Counted from the stretch's first letter, positions 19,469-29,254 are shown. The stretch is DNA of 64,000 bases from an uncultured Bacteroidales bacterium (GCA_902774185.1 CACYHE010000003.1:11997-75996); one strand, 5' to 3'. Made by a program: numbers and translations. Notes: generated from the sequence alone by a model not told the origin.

Positions 19469-21686
19469 GTCAGACGAAGACCGTTTCATCGATGACCTGC
19501 TCTCCCGTATGACGCTGGAAGAGAAGATAGGTCAGATGAACCAACTGGACCCGGAATGGGATGCGGAACTCAAAGAACCGCTCATACGGGAAGGGAAGGT
19601 GGGCTCTATCTTTAATATCGTCGGCGCGAAAGAGGTGAACCGTCTGCAACGCATGGCGGTGGAAGAGTCGCGTTTGGGAATCCCCTTGATCGCAGCAAGG
19701 GACGTCATCCATGGTTTTCGTACGATTTATCCCATTCCTCTGGGACAAGCTGCTACGTGGAATCCCGAATTGGTAGAACAGGCCGCTGCATTGACGGCCG
19801 ATGAAGCAACCTCCGTCGGTATCCGTTGGGCATTCTCTCCTATGGTGGACGTGGCACGTGACCCACGTTGGGGACGGGTGGCTGAAGGGTATGGCGAAGA
19901 TACCTATCTCACTTCGCAAATGGCTGCAGCGGTGGTTAGAGGCTATCAAAATGACAATCGTCAATCGTCAATCGGCCAATCGTCAATCAAAATGGCTGCT
20001 TGTGTGAAGCATTTTGCAGGTTACTCGGCATCCGAAAGCGGACGGGATTATAACACCACGTGGATCCCGGAAGTGCAACTGCGCGATGTCTATCTGCCGC
20101 CGTTCAAAGCAGCGGTGGATGCCGGAGCAATGAGTCTAATGTGTTCCTTTAATGCCTTGAACGGACTGCCCTCTTCCGCAAACAAACATCTTAATATAGA
20201 CATCTTACGGAACGAATGGCATTCGGATGCCCTTTTGGTAAGCGACTGGGGTTCGGGTTCCGACCTGGTACCGCATGGCTTGTGTGCCGATAAGAAAGAA
20301 GCTGCCCTCCGTTGCATCAATGCACGCATGGAGATGGATATGCAGGGCAATATCTACTATGATTACTTGGCGGAACTGGTTCAGGAAGGGAAGGTCAAGG
20401 AGAGTCAGATAGACGACTGTGTACGTTCGATTTTGCGTATGAAATACCGCTTGGGATTGTTCGAAAACCCCTATGTACCGGAAGAAGAACCGGTCGCTTA
20501 TACCGATGAAGCCCTTGCCTTGGCATCCGACATCGCTACCGAGAGCATCGTCCTCCTTAAGAATGACGGCGTCCTACCGTTAAACCTTAAACCTTCAACC
20601 TTCAACATTCTCATCACCGGTCCCATGGCGGACCAACCGCGTGAACAACTCGGCACATGGATCTTCGATGGCGAACCCGAACACTCCGTCACACCGCTGG
20701 AAGCACTCAAACAATATCAAACGACATCAAACAATATCAAACTATTATTTGAACCCGGTTTGGCATATTCGCGCGATAAAAGCACTGCGAATTTCGCCAA
20801 GACCATCGCTGCGGCTCGTCAATCGGATGTTATTCTCTTCTTCGCTGGTGAAGAAGCCATCCTGTCCGGAGAAGCACGTTGTAGGGCGGATATCACCTTG
20901 CCCGGTGCACAATCGGCTTTGTTAGCCGAACTGCATAAGACCGGTAAACCCATCGTGCTCATCGTCATGGCTGGTCGTCCGTTGGCGATAGGCGCTGACG
21001 TGGCGAATGCTGATGCGGTCCTTTATGCCTTCCATGGCGGAACGATGGCGGGTCCTGCTATCACGCGTGTGCTGACAGGTGAAGCTCCTTCCGGACGATT
21101 GCCGATGACGTTCCCGAAGATGGTGGGACAGATACCGCTCTATTATAACCGACTGAACACAGGTCGTCCTACTTACGACCCGCCGGTGCTTATCGATGAT
21201 ATACCGGTAGGCGCTAAACAGTTCTCCGTCGGCTATTCGTCCTGTTGGCTGGAGACCGCTACCGAACCCCTCTTCCCCTTCGGTTATGGTCTGACTTATA
21301 CAACCTTCGAGTACGGAGAAACAAAGGTAAATGGCCAATTACCAATGACAAATGACCAATTACCAATGACAAATGACCAATTACCAATGACCATTTCGTG
21401 CAGTATCACCAATACAGGAAATGTAGATGCTTATGACGTACCGCAACTCTATGTACGTCAGATGTCCGGTGACTTCGCACGACCGATAGCGGAACTCAAA
21501 GGATTCCAAAAGATCTTCATTCCTGCAGGAGAAACACGCACCGTCACTTATACTATTTCTCGTGAAGACTTAGGTTATTGGCACGAAGAGAAAGACGGCT
21601 TCAATAGTCGCGTATGGTTCGCCACCGATGAAGCCGAATTCCGGTTCTCTATCGCACCCAATGCAGGTGCGGCTCAACTGCGTTAA
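19389..21686 (+). CDS. bglX: GH3 beta-glucosidase lipoprotein
   Basis: MTLEEKIGQM, KHFAGY, LVSDWGS (nucleophile Asp context) and an FnIII-like C-terminus VPQLYV...ELKGFQKI. The signal peptide MMDRSIFRVTVLSILLMAVCSC is encoded in an 80-nt overlap with the GH81 gene. Confidence 0.9.
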   Translation: MMDRSIFRVTVLSILLMAVCSCSKNNKSDEDRFIDDLLSRMTLEEKIGQMNQLDPEWDAELKEPLIREGKVGSIFNIVGAKEVNRLQRMAVEESRLGIPLIAARDVIHGFRTIYPIPLGQAATWNPELVEQAAALTADEATSVGIRWAFSPMVDVARDPRWGRVAEGYGEDTYLTSQMAAAVVRGYQNDNRQSSIGQSSIKMAACVKHFAGYSASESGRDYNTTWIPEVQLRDVYLPPFKAAVDAGAMSLMCSFNALNGLPSSANKHLNIDILRNEWHSDALLVSDWGSGSDLVPHGLCADKKEAALRCINARMEMDMQGNIYYDYLAELVQEGKVKESQIDDCVRSILRMKYRLGLFENPYVPEEEPVAYTDEALALASDIATESIVLLKNDGVLPLNLKPSTFNILITGPMADQPREQLGTWIFDGEPEHSVTPLEALKQYQTTSNNIKLLFEPGLAYSRDKSTANFAKTIAAARQSDVILFFAGEEAILSGEARCRADITLPGAQSALLAELHKTGKPIVLIVMAGRPLAIGADVANADAVLYAFHGGTMAGPAITRVLTGEAPSGRLPMTFPKMVGQIPLYYNRLNTGRPTYDPPVLIDDIPVGAKQFSVGYSSCWLETATEPLFPFGYGLTYTTFEYGETKVNGQLPMTNDQLPMTNDQLPMTISCSITNTGNVDAYDVPQLYVRQMSGDFARPIAELKGFQKIFIPAGETRTVTYTISREDLGYWHEEKDGFNSRVWFATDEAEFRFSIAPNAGAAQLR
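19956..19988 (+). repeat. AATCGTC tract x4, in frame in GH3
   Basis: Encodes NRQSSIGQSSI. Confidence 0.9.
20581..20608 (+). repeat. TAAACCT/TCAACCT heptamer tract x4, in frame in GH3
   Basis: Encodes LNLKPSTFN. Confidence 0.85.
20707..20742 (+). repeat. TCAAACAATA/TCAAACGACA 10-mer tract (same family as the 33772-33917 array), in frame in GH3
   Basis: tcaaacaata tcaaacgaca tcaaacaata tcaaac; encodes LKQYQTTSNNIK. Confidence 0.9.
21336..21391 (+). repeat. 21-nt repeat x ~2.7 built from CAATTAC CAATGAC AAATGAC heptamers, in frame in GH3
   Basis: Encodes QLPMTND QLPMTND QLPMT. Confidence 0.95.
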
Positions 21687-22768
21687 TCGTCGTTGATAGT
21701 AGGGATAATCTCTTGCGTGCGCCAAGAAGTGAAACGAAGTCGAACGGGTAATATGATCCGTTCGATTTTTTGTGCGATCGGTCGTTCAGGATCCGGCACG
21801 ATGGCACATGCTACCTGTTCGAAGGTATTGGCATCCACAGCATAGTAACGCGAATCCGTAGCCGTATATTCGGTGATGGTCCAATGGAAAAGGTCTCCGG
21901 TGATGGTGATCTGCATGGTTTGCGGATCGTAGGCATCAATACCGATATGTGCTAACTCTCCGGTGCAACGAACGGCGTAGAGTTGGTATGCATCATCCAC
22001 CACTAAACCGATTAACTTCCTATTTGCCGGTTCCAGCGTAAAGACCTGAATATAATTTTTAATTTTTAATTTTTCATTTGTAATTTCTCGTACCCACGGC
22101 GTGCCCTTCACCATCTTGAGTTGGAAAAGACGGTTGTTGCTATCGGTTAACAGGAACCCGTTATCATAGTCCTTACGCGTCGTACCGTTCCCCCAGATGA
22201 GTTGTACGGGAAAGGCGAAACCGTGTTTTGTCAATTCTCTGGAGAACGAGAGCGATTTCGCTTTATTCACCTTGTTGGTCTCGCAGTCAATGAACTCCAA
22301 TCCGTCCTTCGTCAAACGGAAGACATCCGGAGGTAATTGCAGATCAACTCTTCCGGACGCTGATTCTAACATCGTATAAAGACCTACTGCCGGTTTGTTC
22401 AACTGCTTAGGTGAAGTCTTGAAATGAAAAGCGTTCTGCTGAATCAGTTTGGGATTAAGTGCAACACCGTACAGACTGTCCGGCAAACGTCCTTCCGCTA
22501 CCAATTGACGGAAAGAGAAGAGAGGAAGCAAGCTATCCGCTTCGGATTTAGACCACTCTTGTCCTCGAAAATCTGTATAGTGAACCTGCTTATCCTGAAC
22601 TTCCATCTTAATGAACGTGCTATCCAGACAGGAATAAACCACAAAAGGTGTCTTGTCCGTGCGCGGCGAGACTAACTCATATAACGAAGGTAGTACCCAT
22701 GCAAGGACTATCAGTGCAAGAAAACAAATTATAAATTTGAAATTATAAATTTGAAATATCTTCATCAT
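21683..22768 (-). CDS. Hypothetical exported or membrane-anchored protein, last gene of the ABC operon (DUF4857-like by recollection)
   Basis: N-terminal hydrophobic segment and a 4-nt overlap with the upstream membrane-protein gene. Its stop overlaps the GH3 stop (ttaa). Confidence 0.5.
   Translation of the reverse strand: MMKIFQIYNFKFIICFLALIVLAWVLPSLYELVSPRTDKTPFVVYSCLDSTFIKMEVQDKQVHYTDFRGQEWSKSEADSLLPLFSFRQLVAEGRLPDSLYGVALNPKLIQQNAFHFKTSPKQLNKPAVGLYTMLESASGRVDLQLPPDVFRLTKDGLEFIDCETNKVNKAKSLSFSRELTKHGFAFPVQLIWGNGTTRKDYDNGFLLTDSNNRLFQLKMVKGTPWVREITNEKLKIKNYIQVFTLEPANRKLIGLVVDDAYQLYAVRCTGELAHIGIDAYDPQTMQITITGDLFHWTITEYTATDSRYYAVDANTFEQVACAIVPDPERPIAQKIERIILPVRLRFTSWRTQEIIPTINDD
22054..22088. 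repeat. AATTTTT heptamer tract x5, in frame in the minus-strand gene 21683-22768
   Basis: Encodes (minus strand) ITNEKLKIKNY. Confidence 0.85.
22726..22760. repeat. AAATTAT/AAATTTG heptamer tract x5 at the 5' end of the minus-strand gene 21683-22768
   Basis: Encodes (minus strand) KIFQIYNFKFII. Confidence 0.85.
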
Positions 22769-23433
22769 TGTTTTCCAAGTTTAAAACGATAGACCGAATA
22801 GAAAGGCAGGCACATGGTAGCCGGAATCGCCAATATCAACCACGGCCACATGGCGATGTTACATGCCGGTTGAGCGGTCAGAAAACAGAGGGCTACGATA
22901 GGTGCTCCGATCAGAAAATCTACACAACGGATCTTCCATTGGGGTTCCAATAAGCACCAAGAGCTGACGCTGTATCCGAGTAGTCCGCCTATGTACCAAG
23001 GCAAGCAGGTCAAGAACGTGCGCCAAACAAGTTCACGTGGAAGCCAGATTTGTTCAACAATCGCGAGTACCGCTGCATCAAGCGCAAAGAGTCCGCATAG
23101 GCAGAGCAGGCTGCAGAAGAGCATGGCGCCGATACTCATTGTATAATCAATAGGCAAGTGCAGCGTCAGACGGATTCGTTTGACTTGCATCTCCGGTAAC
23201 CATTGACAGAGGGCGATACAAACGCCGGTGATAAGGGGAATGTACATCAAGGCGTTCACCATCAGTACGTCCCTTCCGATCATTGTTGCCCAAGTCTCTA
23301 CAACGCCTGTGGCCAAGAGTGTAGAACGAAGAGCTAAAAGTAGATAGGCGATGAGACCTATATGTATGACGAAAGCTAAGCACCAAAAGAGTCTCAACTT
23401 CAACCATTCCTTATAAAATATTGCTCGTAGCAT
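22765..23433 (-). CDS. Multi-pass membrane protein (putative ABC-associated permease component)
   Basis: About 6 hydrophobic helices. It lies between the ABC ATPase gene and the downstream gene with tight coupling. Confidence 0.55.
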   Translation of the reverse strand: MLRAIFYKEWLKLRLFWCLAFVIHIGLIAYLLLALRSTLLATGVVETWATMIGRDVLMVNALMYIPLITGVCIALCQWLPEMQVKRIRLTLHLPIDYTMSIGAMLFCSLLCLCGLFALDAAVLAIVEQIWLPRELVWRTFLTCLPWYIGGLLGYSVSSWCLLEPQWKIRCVDFLIGAPIVALCFLTAQPACNIAMWPWLILAIPATMCLPFYSVYRFKLGKQ

Positions 23434-23447
23434 TTATGATTTCAATT

Positions 23448-24161
23448 TTAATATTTACCGGTTAAGTCTATAAAGGTATCTTCCAATGTCTTGTCCGGGG
23501 TGATCAGTTCGCTTACCGGACATTGTTTCAAGATCCGACCGTAGTCCATGATGATGCAATCATCAACCAATCGTTCAAGGTCTTGGATGATATGCGACGT
23601 CAGGAATACGGTTTTTTCTCCTTTCTTGCAGAAGTCCCGCAGGTACTCCACGAAGAGCCGTCGGTATCCCGGATCAAGACCGAGCGAGAAATCATCGAGA
23701 ATCAACAATTCCGGATCTTGCGCCATCAATAGTCCTAAGGCTACTTGGCTGCGTTGACCGTTGGACATCTGGCTCAATAATTGATAGTCTTTGACCTTCA
23801 AAAGTCGCATCAACTCATAATACGCGTCTTTGTTCCATTTCGGGAAGAAAGGGGCATAGAACCGCTCGATCTGTGCAATCGTCATGAAGGGATATTGAAC
23901 ATGCCCCTCCAGCAACAAACCGATACGAGCGCGTTCCTTAGCCGGCATCGTGCGAGTGTCATAGCCTAATAGCCGACACGAACCGGCATGTGGTTGAATG
24001 AAACCCGACAGGATATTGATAGTCGTCGTCTTACCCGTTCCGTTCTTACCTAACAAACCTAATATCCGACCACGCGGTACAGAGAAGGACAAGTCTTCGT
24101 ATATCAACCGTTTCCCGTAATAGTGGGTAACGTGGTCATATTCTATCATTGCATCATTCAT
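23448..24161 (-). CDS. ABC transporter ATP-binding protein
   Basis: Walker A GKNGTGKTT, signature SNGQRS and Walker B LLILDD. A -7 box (reverse complement TACCTTTG, 24186-24193) lies inside the longer ORF-track model, so ATG 24161 (MNDAMIEY) is preferred. Confidence 0.9.
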   Translation of the reverse strand: MNDAMIEYDHVTHYYGKRLIYEDLSFSVPRGRILGLLGKNGTGKTTTINILSGFIQPHAGSCRLLGYDTRTMPAKERARIGLLLEGHVQYPFMTIAQIERFYAPFFPKWNKDAYYELMRLLKVKDYQLLSQMSNGQRSQVALGLLMAQDPELLILDDFSLGLDPGYRRLFVEYLRDFCKKGEKTVFLTSHIIQDLERLVDDCIIMDYGRILKQCPVSELITPDKTLEDTFIDLTGKY

Positions 24162-24262
24162 ACAAGCATTCAGATAAAAATCGGTGCAAAGGTACAACTT
24201 TTTTGGCACATATGCAAGAACTAATTATAAAAATCCCTAAAAATAGGGATTTGCGGGCTTAT

Positions 24263-24299
24263 TCTTGCATAATTCAAAAAAAAGCAGTAATTTTGCAGC
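24263..24299 (+). promoter_or_regulatory. Bacteroidetes-type promoter (TTG...TAATTTTG) for the TonB receptor cluster
   Basis: ttcttgcataattcaaaaaaaagcagTAATTTTGcagcg, with the -7 box at 24288-24295. Confidence 0.7.
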
Positions 24300-24309
24300 G
24301 AATTTATTT

Positions 24310-24379
24310 AAGGTGAAAGGTGAAAGTTGAAAAATGAAAGGACATATAAGGTGAAAGGTGAAAGATTGAAGGTGAAAGG
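24310..24379 (+). repeat. AAGGTGA heptamer tracts (5 + 4 units) spanning the TonB-receptor start region
   Basis: aaggtga aaggtga aagttga aaaatga aaggaca tat aaggtga aaggtga aagattg aaggtga. Confidence 0.9.
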
Positions 24380-26900
24380 AATTCTCATTCTTTTCTTCCT
24401 TTCAATTTTCATTTTTCAATTTTCAATTTGCTCTGCTGCGCGACCGGATTCGTTGCGTTTGGATAGTGCCCAGCAGGCTTTGTTGGATAGTCTGGAGCGC
24501 ATGTTCACCATTCAGGAAGTGGTCGTGACGGCGGAGGAAAAGATCGAACGCAGCAGTGCTTCGGTCATCAATAAAGAAGCCATGCAGCATATTCAGCCTT
24601 CTTCTTTCACGGATATCTTACAGACCCTGCCTGGCGGCACAACCAAGGATCCGAACTTGACGAACGCGAACACGATTCGTTTGCGGGAAGCAACCAACGG
24701 ATCAACCAGCGGTGAGTATGATGCCTCTTCTTTAGGCACCTCGTTTGTGATTGATGGCGCACCTGTGAGTACGGACGCCAATATGCAGTATGTGCAGTCT
24801 GACGTGAGTGGTGCCGATGCCAAACGTAATAGTGTGGGAGCGGGTGTGGATATGCGTACCATATCAACAGACGATATTGAGAAAGTGGAGATCATTCGTG
24901 GTATCGCGGGTGCGGAATACGGCGATGTCACTTCCGGCGTCGTGAAGATCGAGCGTACTAGTAAACCTACCCCGTGGCGGGCACGCTTCAAAGCCGACGG
25001 ATTCAGTAAACTGCTTTTCTTCGGTAAGGGCTTGGGTTGGAACAATGAGAACACGGTTCTCAATTTCGGCTTGGACTATCTGAACGCTAAAGCCGATCCG
25101 ACCAACACGCTTGAGAACTATCAACGTATCACAGGATCGGTGCGTCTACAGCAAAAATGGGAAGTCGGGAATCTGCGTATTCGTTGGCAGAGTCATCTCG
25201 ATTATACGGGTAGCATCGATAATGAAAAGATAGACCCCGATATCCACCGTAATCGGGAAGATAGTTATAGCAGTGAGTATCATAAACTCAGTTGGAATAA
25301 TACCCTTCGGTTGCGTCAGGCGGATGCTCACTGGTGGTGTTTCTGCGTACAAGCAAACGTATCTGGTGAGATGGATCGTATTCGCCAGACACGTTTTGTG
25401 CAATTGACGACCCCTAAAAACCCCGCCATTGACAATATGCAGGAAGGCGAAGCAACGGTCCGTTTATTGCCATACAAATACGTAGCGAACCATGAGGTAG
25501 AGGGACTTCCGCTCAATGTGTTCGTGCGGCCTAAAGCGGAGTTCTTCTTTGATACTTGGAAATTGGAGCACCAAGTCAGTGCCGGTGTCGAATGGCGGTA
25601 CACCAAGAATTTCGGTAGAGGGCAGATATATGACTTGAGTAGGCCTTTGAATTACTCTTCAACTTTGCGACCTCGTGCGTACTATGACATTCCGGCTTCG
25701 AACCAGTTGGCATGGTATATACAGGATGATATCTCTTTCCCGATTCATGAACATTTCGGCTTGGATCTGAATATCGGTCTGCGTGGAACATCGCTTTTGG
25801 GCCTTGGTTCGCAGTACGCTATTGATGGTAAGTGCTATTTGGATCCCCGTGCCAATATCGGTCTCAATTTCCCGTTCTCCAAAGGTAAATTCTATGTGGC
25901 TGCTGCTATCGGTCAGCATACGAAAATGCCGACACTGCTGCAATTGTCACCGAACTTGTTGTATATGGACATGCAAGCTACCGACATCCCGATAGCACCT
26001 ACAGATACAACCATGCAGATATATACGCATATCGTCAACCCGACCAATTATGAGTTACAACCTGCAAGGAATTTGAAATGGGAAGTAAGAGCCGGTTTTG
26101 ATATCAACAAGCATAAGTTGAGTATCACCTATTTTGAGGAAGATATGCGTAATGCATTCCGTGGCTTGATGCAGGTAGAAGCCTTCAACTATACGATTGC
26201 CGACAACGCCTATGATCGCTTACTTACCTACTCAACGACTTCCAACGGCAGTAGAATATACAAGCAAGGAGTGGAATGGCAATACCAAAGTCCGCGTATC
26301 CCTGCTATCTGCACGCGCTTTACGTTGAATGGCGCTTGGCTGCGGACTGTCTATAGCAACAGCGAACGGATGTACTCTACGGAGAAAAGTCCGGGTGTCG
26401 TGAACGGGATCAATGTGCAGGACCATTATATCGGTTTGTATAATTGGACCGAAGGCTATATCAGGGAGAGTCTTAATTCGAACCTCGTGGCTGATGTCTA
26501 TATTCAGCGAATCGGTTTGACGGTAAGTGCTACTTTGGAGACGACTGTTTATACGGCTTCGAAAACCTTGGAAAAGAACGGTCGGCCGGAAGCGTATATC
26601 TCGTCTAAAGACGGGCAACTCCACCCATACGATATCGCGGCAGAGCAAGATCCGATATTGAGAACCCTAATCTTTGATTATAACTCAGGCTTGTTCATTC
26701 GGCGTACCGTACCGTTTGAGGGATATCTGAACTTACGCGTGCAGAAAAGTATCACAAAGTATGCAACCATTGCGTTGTATGTAAACCGATTGTTAGACAT
26801 TTTGCCGGACTATCAAGTAAGCGGTGCCAATGGTAGCTTGGTGACCATTCATCGTACTGCCAGTCCGTATTTTGGAATGGAAATAAATCTATCAATATAG
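24327..26900 (+). CDS. TonB-dependent receptor (non-SusC type); start codon uncertain
   Basis: Signal peptide ILILFFLSIFIFQFSICSAA. Plug-like N-terminus (EVVVTAEEKIERS, IEKVEIIRGIAGAEYGDVTSGVVKI) and a long barrel. There is no in-frame ATG before the signal peptide. Candidate starts are TTG 24327, GTG 24351, TTG 24366 and GTG 24372. Confidence 0.85.
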   Translation: MKNERTYKVKGERLKVKGILILFFLSIFIFQFSICSAARPDSLRLDSAQQALLDSLERMFTIQEVVVTAEEKIERSSASVINKEAMQHIQPSSFTDILQTLPGGTTKDPNLTNANTIRLREATNGSTSGEYDASSLGTSFVIDGAPVSTDANMQYVQSDVSGADAKRNSVGAGVDMRTISTDDIEKVEIIRGIAGAEYGDVTSGVVKIERTSKPTPWRARFKADGFSKLLFFGKGLGWNNENTVLNFGLDYLNAKADPTNTLENYQRITGSVRLQQKWEVGNLRIRWQSHLDYTGSIDNEKIDPDIHRNREDSYSSEYHKLSWNNTLRLRQADAHWWCFCVQANVSGEMDRIRQTRFVQLTTPKNPAIDNMQEGEATVRLLPYKYVANHEVEGLPLNVFVRPKAEFFFDTWKLEHQVSAGVEWRYTKNFGRGQIYDLSRPLNYSSTLRPRAYYDIPASNQLAWYIQDDISFPIHEHFGLDLNIGLRGTSLLGLGSQYAIDGKCYLDPRANIGLNFPFSKGKFYVAAAIGQHTKMPTLLQLSPNLLYMDMQATDIPIAPTDTTMQIYTHIVNPTNYELQPARNLKWEVRAGFDINKHKLSITYFEEDMRNAFRGLMQVEAFNYTIADNAYDRLLTYSTTSNGSRIYKQGVEWQYQSPRIPAICTRFTLNGAWLRTVYSNSERMYSTEKSPGVVNGINVQDHYIGLYNWTEGYIRESLNSNLVADVYIQRIGLTVSATLETTVYTASKTLEKNGRPEAYISSKDGQLHPYDIAAEQDPILRTLIFDYNSGLFIRRTVPFEGYLNLRVQKSITKYATIALYVNRLLDILPDYQVSGANGSLVTIHRTASPYFGMEINLSI
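24400..24430 (+). repeat. TTTCAAT heptamer tract x4 forming the TonB-receptor signal-peptide core
   Basis: Encodes SIFIFQFSI. Confidence 0.9.
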
Positions 26901-26907
26901 TAGAAAG

Positions 26908-28101
26908 ATGAAAGTAAAAAGTTTAAAGTGGATAGTATTCGCATTATTTGCGATGTTGATAGTGGCTTGTGAGAAGAATGCCGTCGTGAACACGGCACAA
27001 GTGACCGTGGTACTCCATGCTGACGGAATCCAAGAAGTGACGGAGATAGAATTGAAAGCGCACGACATCAATATGAATAAAGATTATTCAAATAGTGCGT
27101 TGATGATTACCGTGCCGGTAGGTTATTATGACTTGTCTGTTCACGCATTAGGTGACGGACAAGCGATCCGTGCGTACAAACGTGGAATTAAGGTGGAACA
27201 CGACTGTACGATAGAAATGGAAGCGTCATTTGTATCGGGAGATGCCGGTTTTGTGTTGGCTGAGATCTTCTTTGCCGGCACAGAAACCCCGGAAGGTAAA
27301 CGCTATATAGGCGATAAGTATTTCGTGCTCTTCAATAACGCTGCCGATACCTTGTCGGCAGATGGGTTAATCCTCATCGAAGCCGACCTGAACTCGGTGC
27401 AGAAATACGACTTGGGAGACCATGATTTTCGGGATCGGTATTTTGCGATAGATGCCATGTACCGTATTCCCGGTGACGGTAACACCTATCGTGTAGCGCC
27501 CGGCCAGATGATACTCATCGCCGACAATGCGATGGATCATACGGCTGCGAATGCCAACTCGTTTGACTTGAGTACGGCGGATTTTGAGTGGTACGACGTG
27601 TCCTCCAGTGCCGGAGCCACAGACGTGGATAATCCGGACGTAACGAACTTGGATAAACTCTACTGCTACACGCAGACCATTTGGGTACCGCATAATCAAG
27701 GACATAAGTCCTTCGGTCTGGCGCGCTTTCCGGAAGGACTGACGGCGGAGCAGTATTTTGCTACGGACTCCCTCTATGTCAAGTATGACTACGAAGTAGT
27801 GACCTCTGCCGGTACGTTCTCGCAGTCCCGCAAGTCGTATATGATCCCTAACGAGTGGATTGTGGATATGGTGAACATGGCGCCTTCTGAGACCTTCCAA
27901 TGGCTCACGTCCAGTGATAAACTCGATGCCGGATATGCGTATGTGGCACCGACCGGAAGTGATGTGACACGATTTGGGAAAGCTGTACGACGTAAGACCA
28001 AAGTGACGCTTAACGGGGTGCGAACACTGCAGGATACGAATAACTCAAGTGATGATTTTGAAATGGGCGTTCCCGCTAATCCCTTCTACTTTAAGAACTG
28101 A
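26908..28101 (+). CDS. Lipoprotein partner of the TonB receptor (DUF4876-like by recollection)
   Basis: Lipobox LIVAC and an 8-nt gap after the receptor gene. Confidence 0.5.
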   Translation: MKVKSLKWIVFALFAMLIVACEKNAVVNTAQVTVVLHADGIQEVTEIELKAHDINMNKDYSNSALMITVPVGYYDLSVHALGDGQAIRAYKRGIKVEHDCTIEMEASFVSGDAGFVLAEIFFAGTETPEGKRYIGDKYFVLFNNAADTLSADGLILIEADLNSVQKYDLGDHDFRDRYFAIDAMYRIPGDGNTYRVAPGQMILIADNAMDHTAANANSFDLSTADFEWYDVSSSAGATDVDNPDVTNLDKLYCYTQTIWVPHNQGHKSFGLARFPEGLTAEQYFATDSLYVKYDYEVVTSAGTFSQSRKSYMIPNEWIVDMVNMAPSETFQWLTSSDKLDAGYAYVAPTGSDVTRFGKAVRRKTKVTLNGVRTLQDTNNSSDDFEMGVPANPFYFKN

Positions 28102-28108
28102 ATACTGA

Positions 28109-29254
28109 ATGCTGACAACTATTCTCGCCATATTAACCGCGTTAGTGACGGACACCGCACGTACGGACTTGACTCTTTCGGGACAGTTCGGGCAAGGTAC
28201 GCAAGTACTTGAAGGACGCCAGACCGGAGGTTTTGAAGTCAATGTTCGTTCTGTATATGATATCAATGCCGTCAGTCGTGTGTTCGGAGAGGCATCCTAT
28301 ATATGGCAGGACTGCAAGCAGACCCAGGGGGTGGACAATGCCGATTATCGGATGACCGCTCCCTATTGGACGGTTGATACCGTCGGTGGAGACTTGCGTC
28401 GGGAGATTTATTACTTCCGTGGAGGTTATCGTATGCTTAAGAATCATATTCTTTGGCATGCGGCACTACAGTTCCGTGCCGAGCAGAGTTATCGCATGCG
28501 TGACCCGCGCGCTAAAAATAAGGTGTCGGATCTGCGAGTGGAAGCAAGTGTCGGGTATCAATGGAATCGCTATGCACTAAGCCTCCTGGCATACGGCGGG
28601 CGGTACAAACAGAATAACGAGATTCGGTTCTATTCGGAGTTAGGCGAAACCACCATTTACCATATGGCGAACGAAACCGAACCCTATGCACGGTTTTCAA
28701 ATAATAACAAAGTCAGTTACTATAGCGGGTATCGTGCCGGCGTGGGGTTGCAGTTATTGCCGACAACGGGTTTTATGGCAGGGGTGCAGTATGACTGGTT
28801 CCGATTCACAAAAGAGTTGACCATCAATACACAAGTACCTATCGTACGCCTGAATACGCATACGTTCTCTGCACAGTTGGGGTATGTTGCACAATGTTGG
28901 CGTGTACAGGGTGCGGCAGGCATCGAACTCAAACGAGGGGAACAATTCCTATATGGCGATAATGCCAATAACTACTACGAGTTGTTGCTCATTTCGCCCA
29001 ACTATCGTGCGAACTATGTCTTTGCGAATATCTATGGGGATTATCGTCTGCCTTTACCTATCGGAGATTTGCTCTTTGTGGGAGCGGTGGACTATGATCA
29101 GTTCTTGCAGCATGTGTCAGAACAGCTACGCGTGCAATACACCTTCCCTGTCAAGAATCAATACGCATGGTTCGTGGCACCCAAAGCATGCTTTCATCAG
29201 TATGACCGCGCGCATGCTTGGCAAGTTACATTAGAAACCGGACTGACATTTTAA
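28109..29254 (+). CDS. Putative outer-membrane beta-barrel protein
   Basis: Alternating Y/G/R-rich beta-strand pattern and a C-terminal LETGLTF (terminal Phe). Confidence 0.5.
   Translation: MLTTILAILTALVTDTARTDLTLSGQFGQGTQVLEGRQTGGFEVNVRSVYDINAVSRVFGEASYIWQDCKQTQGVDNADYRMTAPYWTVDTVGGDLRREIYYFRGGYRMLKNHILWHAALQFRAEQSYRMRDPRAKNKVSDLRVEASVGYQWNRYALSLLAYGGRYKQNNEIRFYSELGETTIYHMANETEPYARFSNNNKVSYYSGYRAGVGLQLLPTTGFMAGVQYDWFRFTKELTINTQVPIVRLNTHTFSAQLGYVAQCWRVQGAAGIELKRGEQFLYGDNANNYYELLLISPNYRANYVFANIYGDYRLPLPIGDLLFVGAVDYDQFLQHVSEQLRVQYTFPVKNQYAWFVAPKACFHQYDRAHAWQVTLETGLTF

Noticed and set aside
21683-21686. Convergent GH3 and minus-strand genes share overlapping stop codons (ttaa) with no terminator between them
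   Set aside because: This is a real but trivial layout and not evidence of a feature. Transcriptional interference is possible but speculative.
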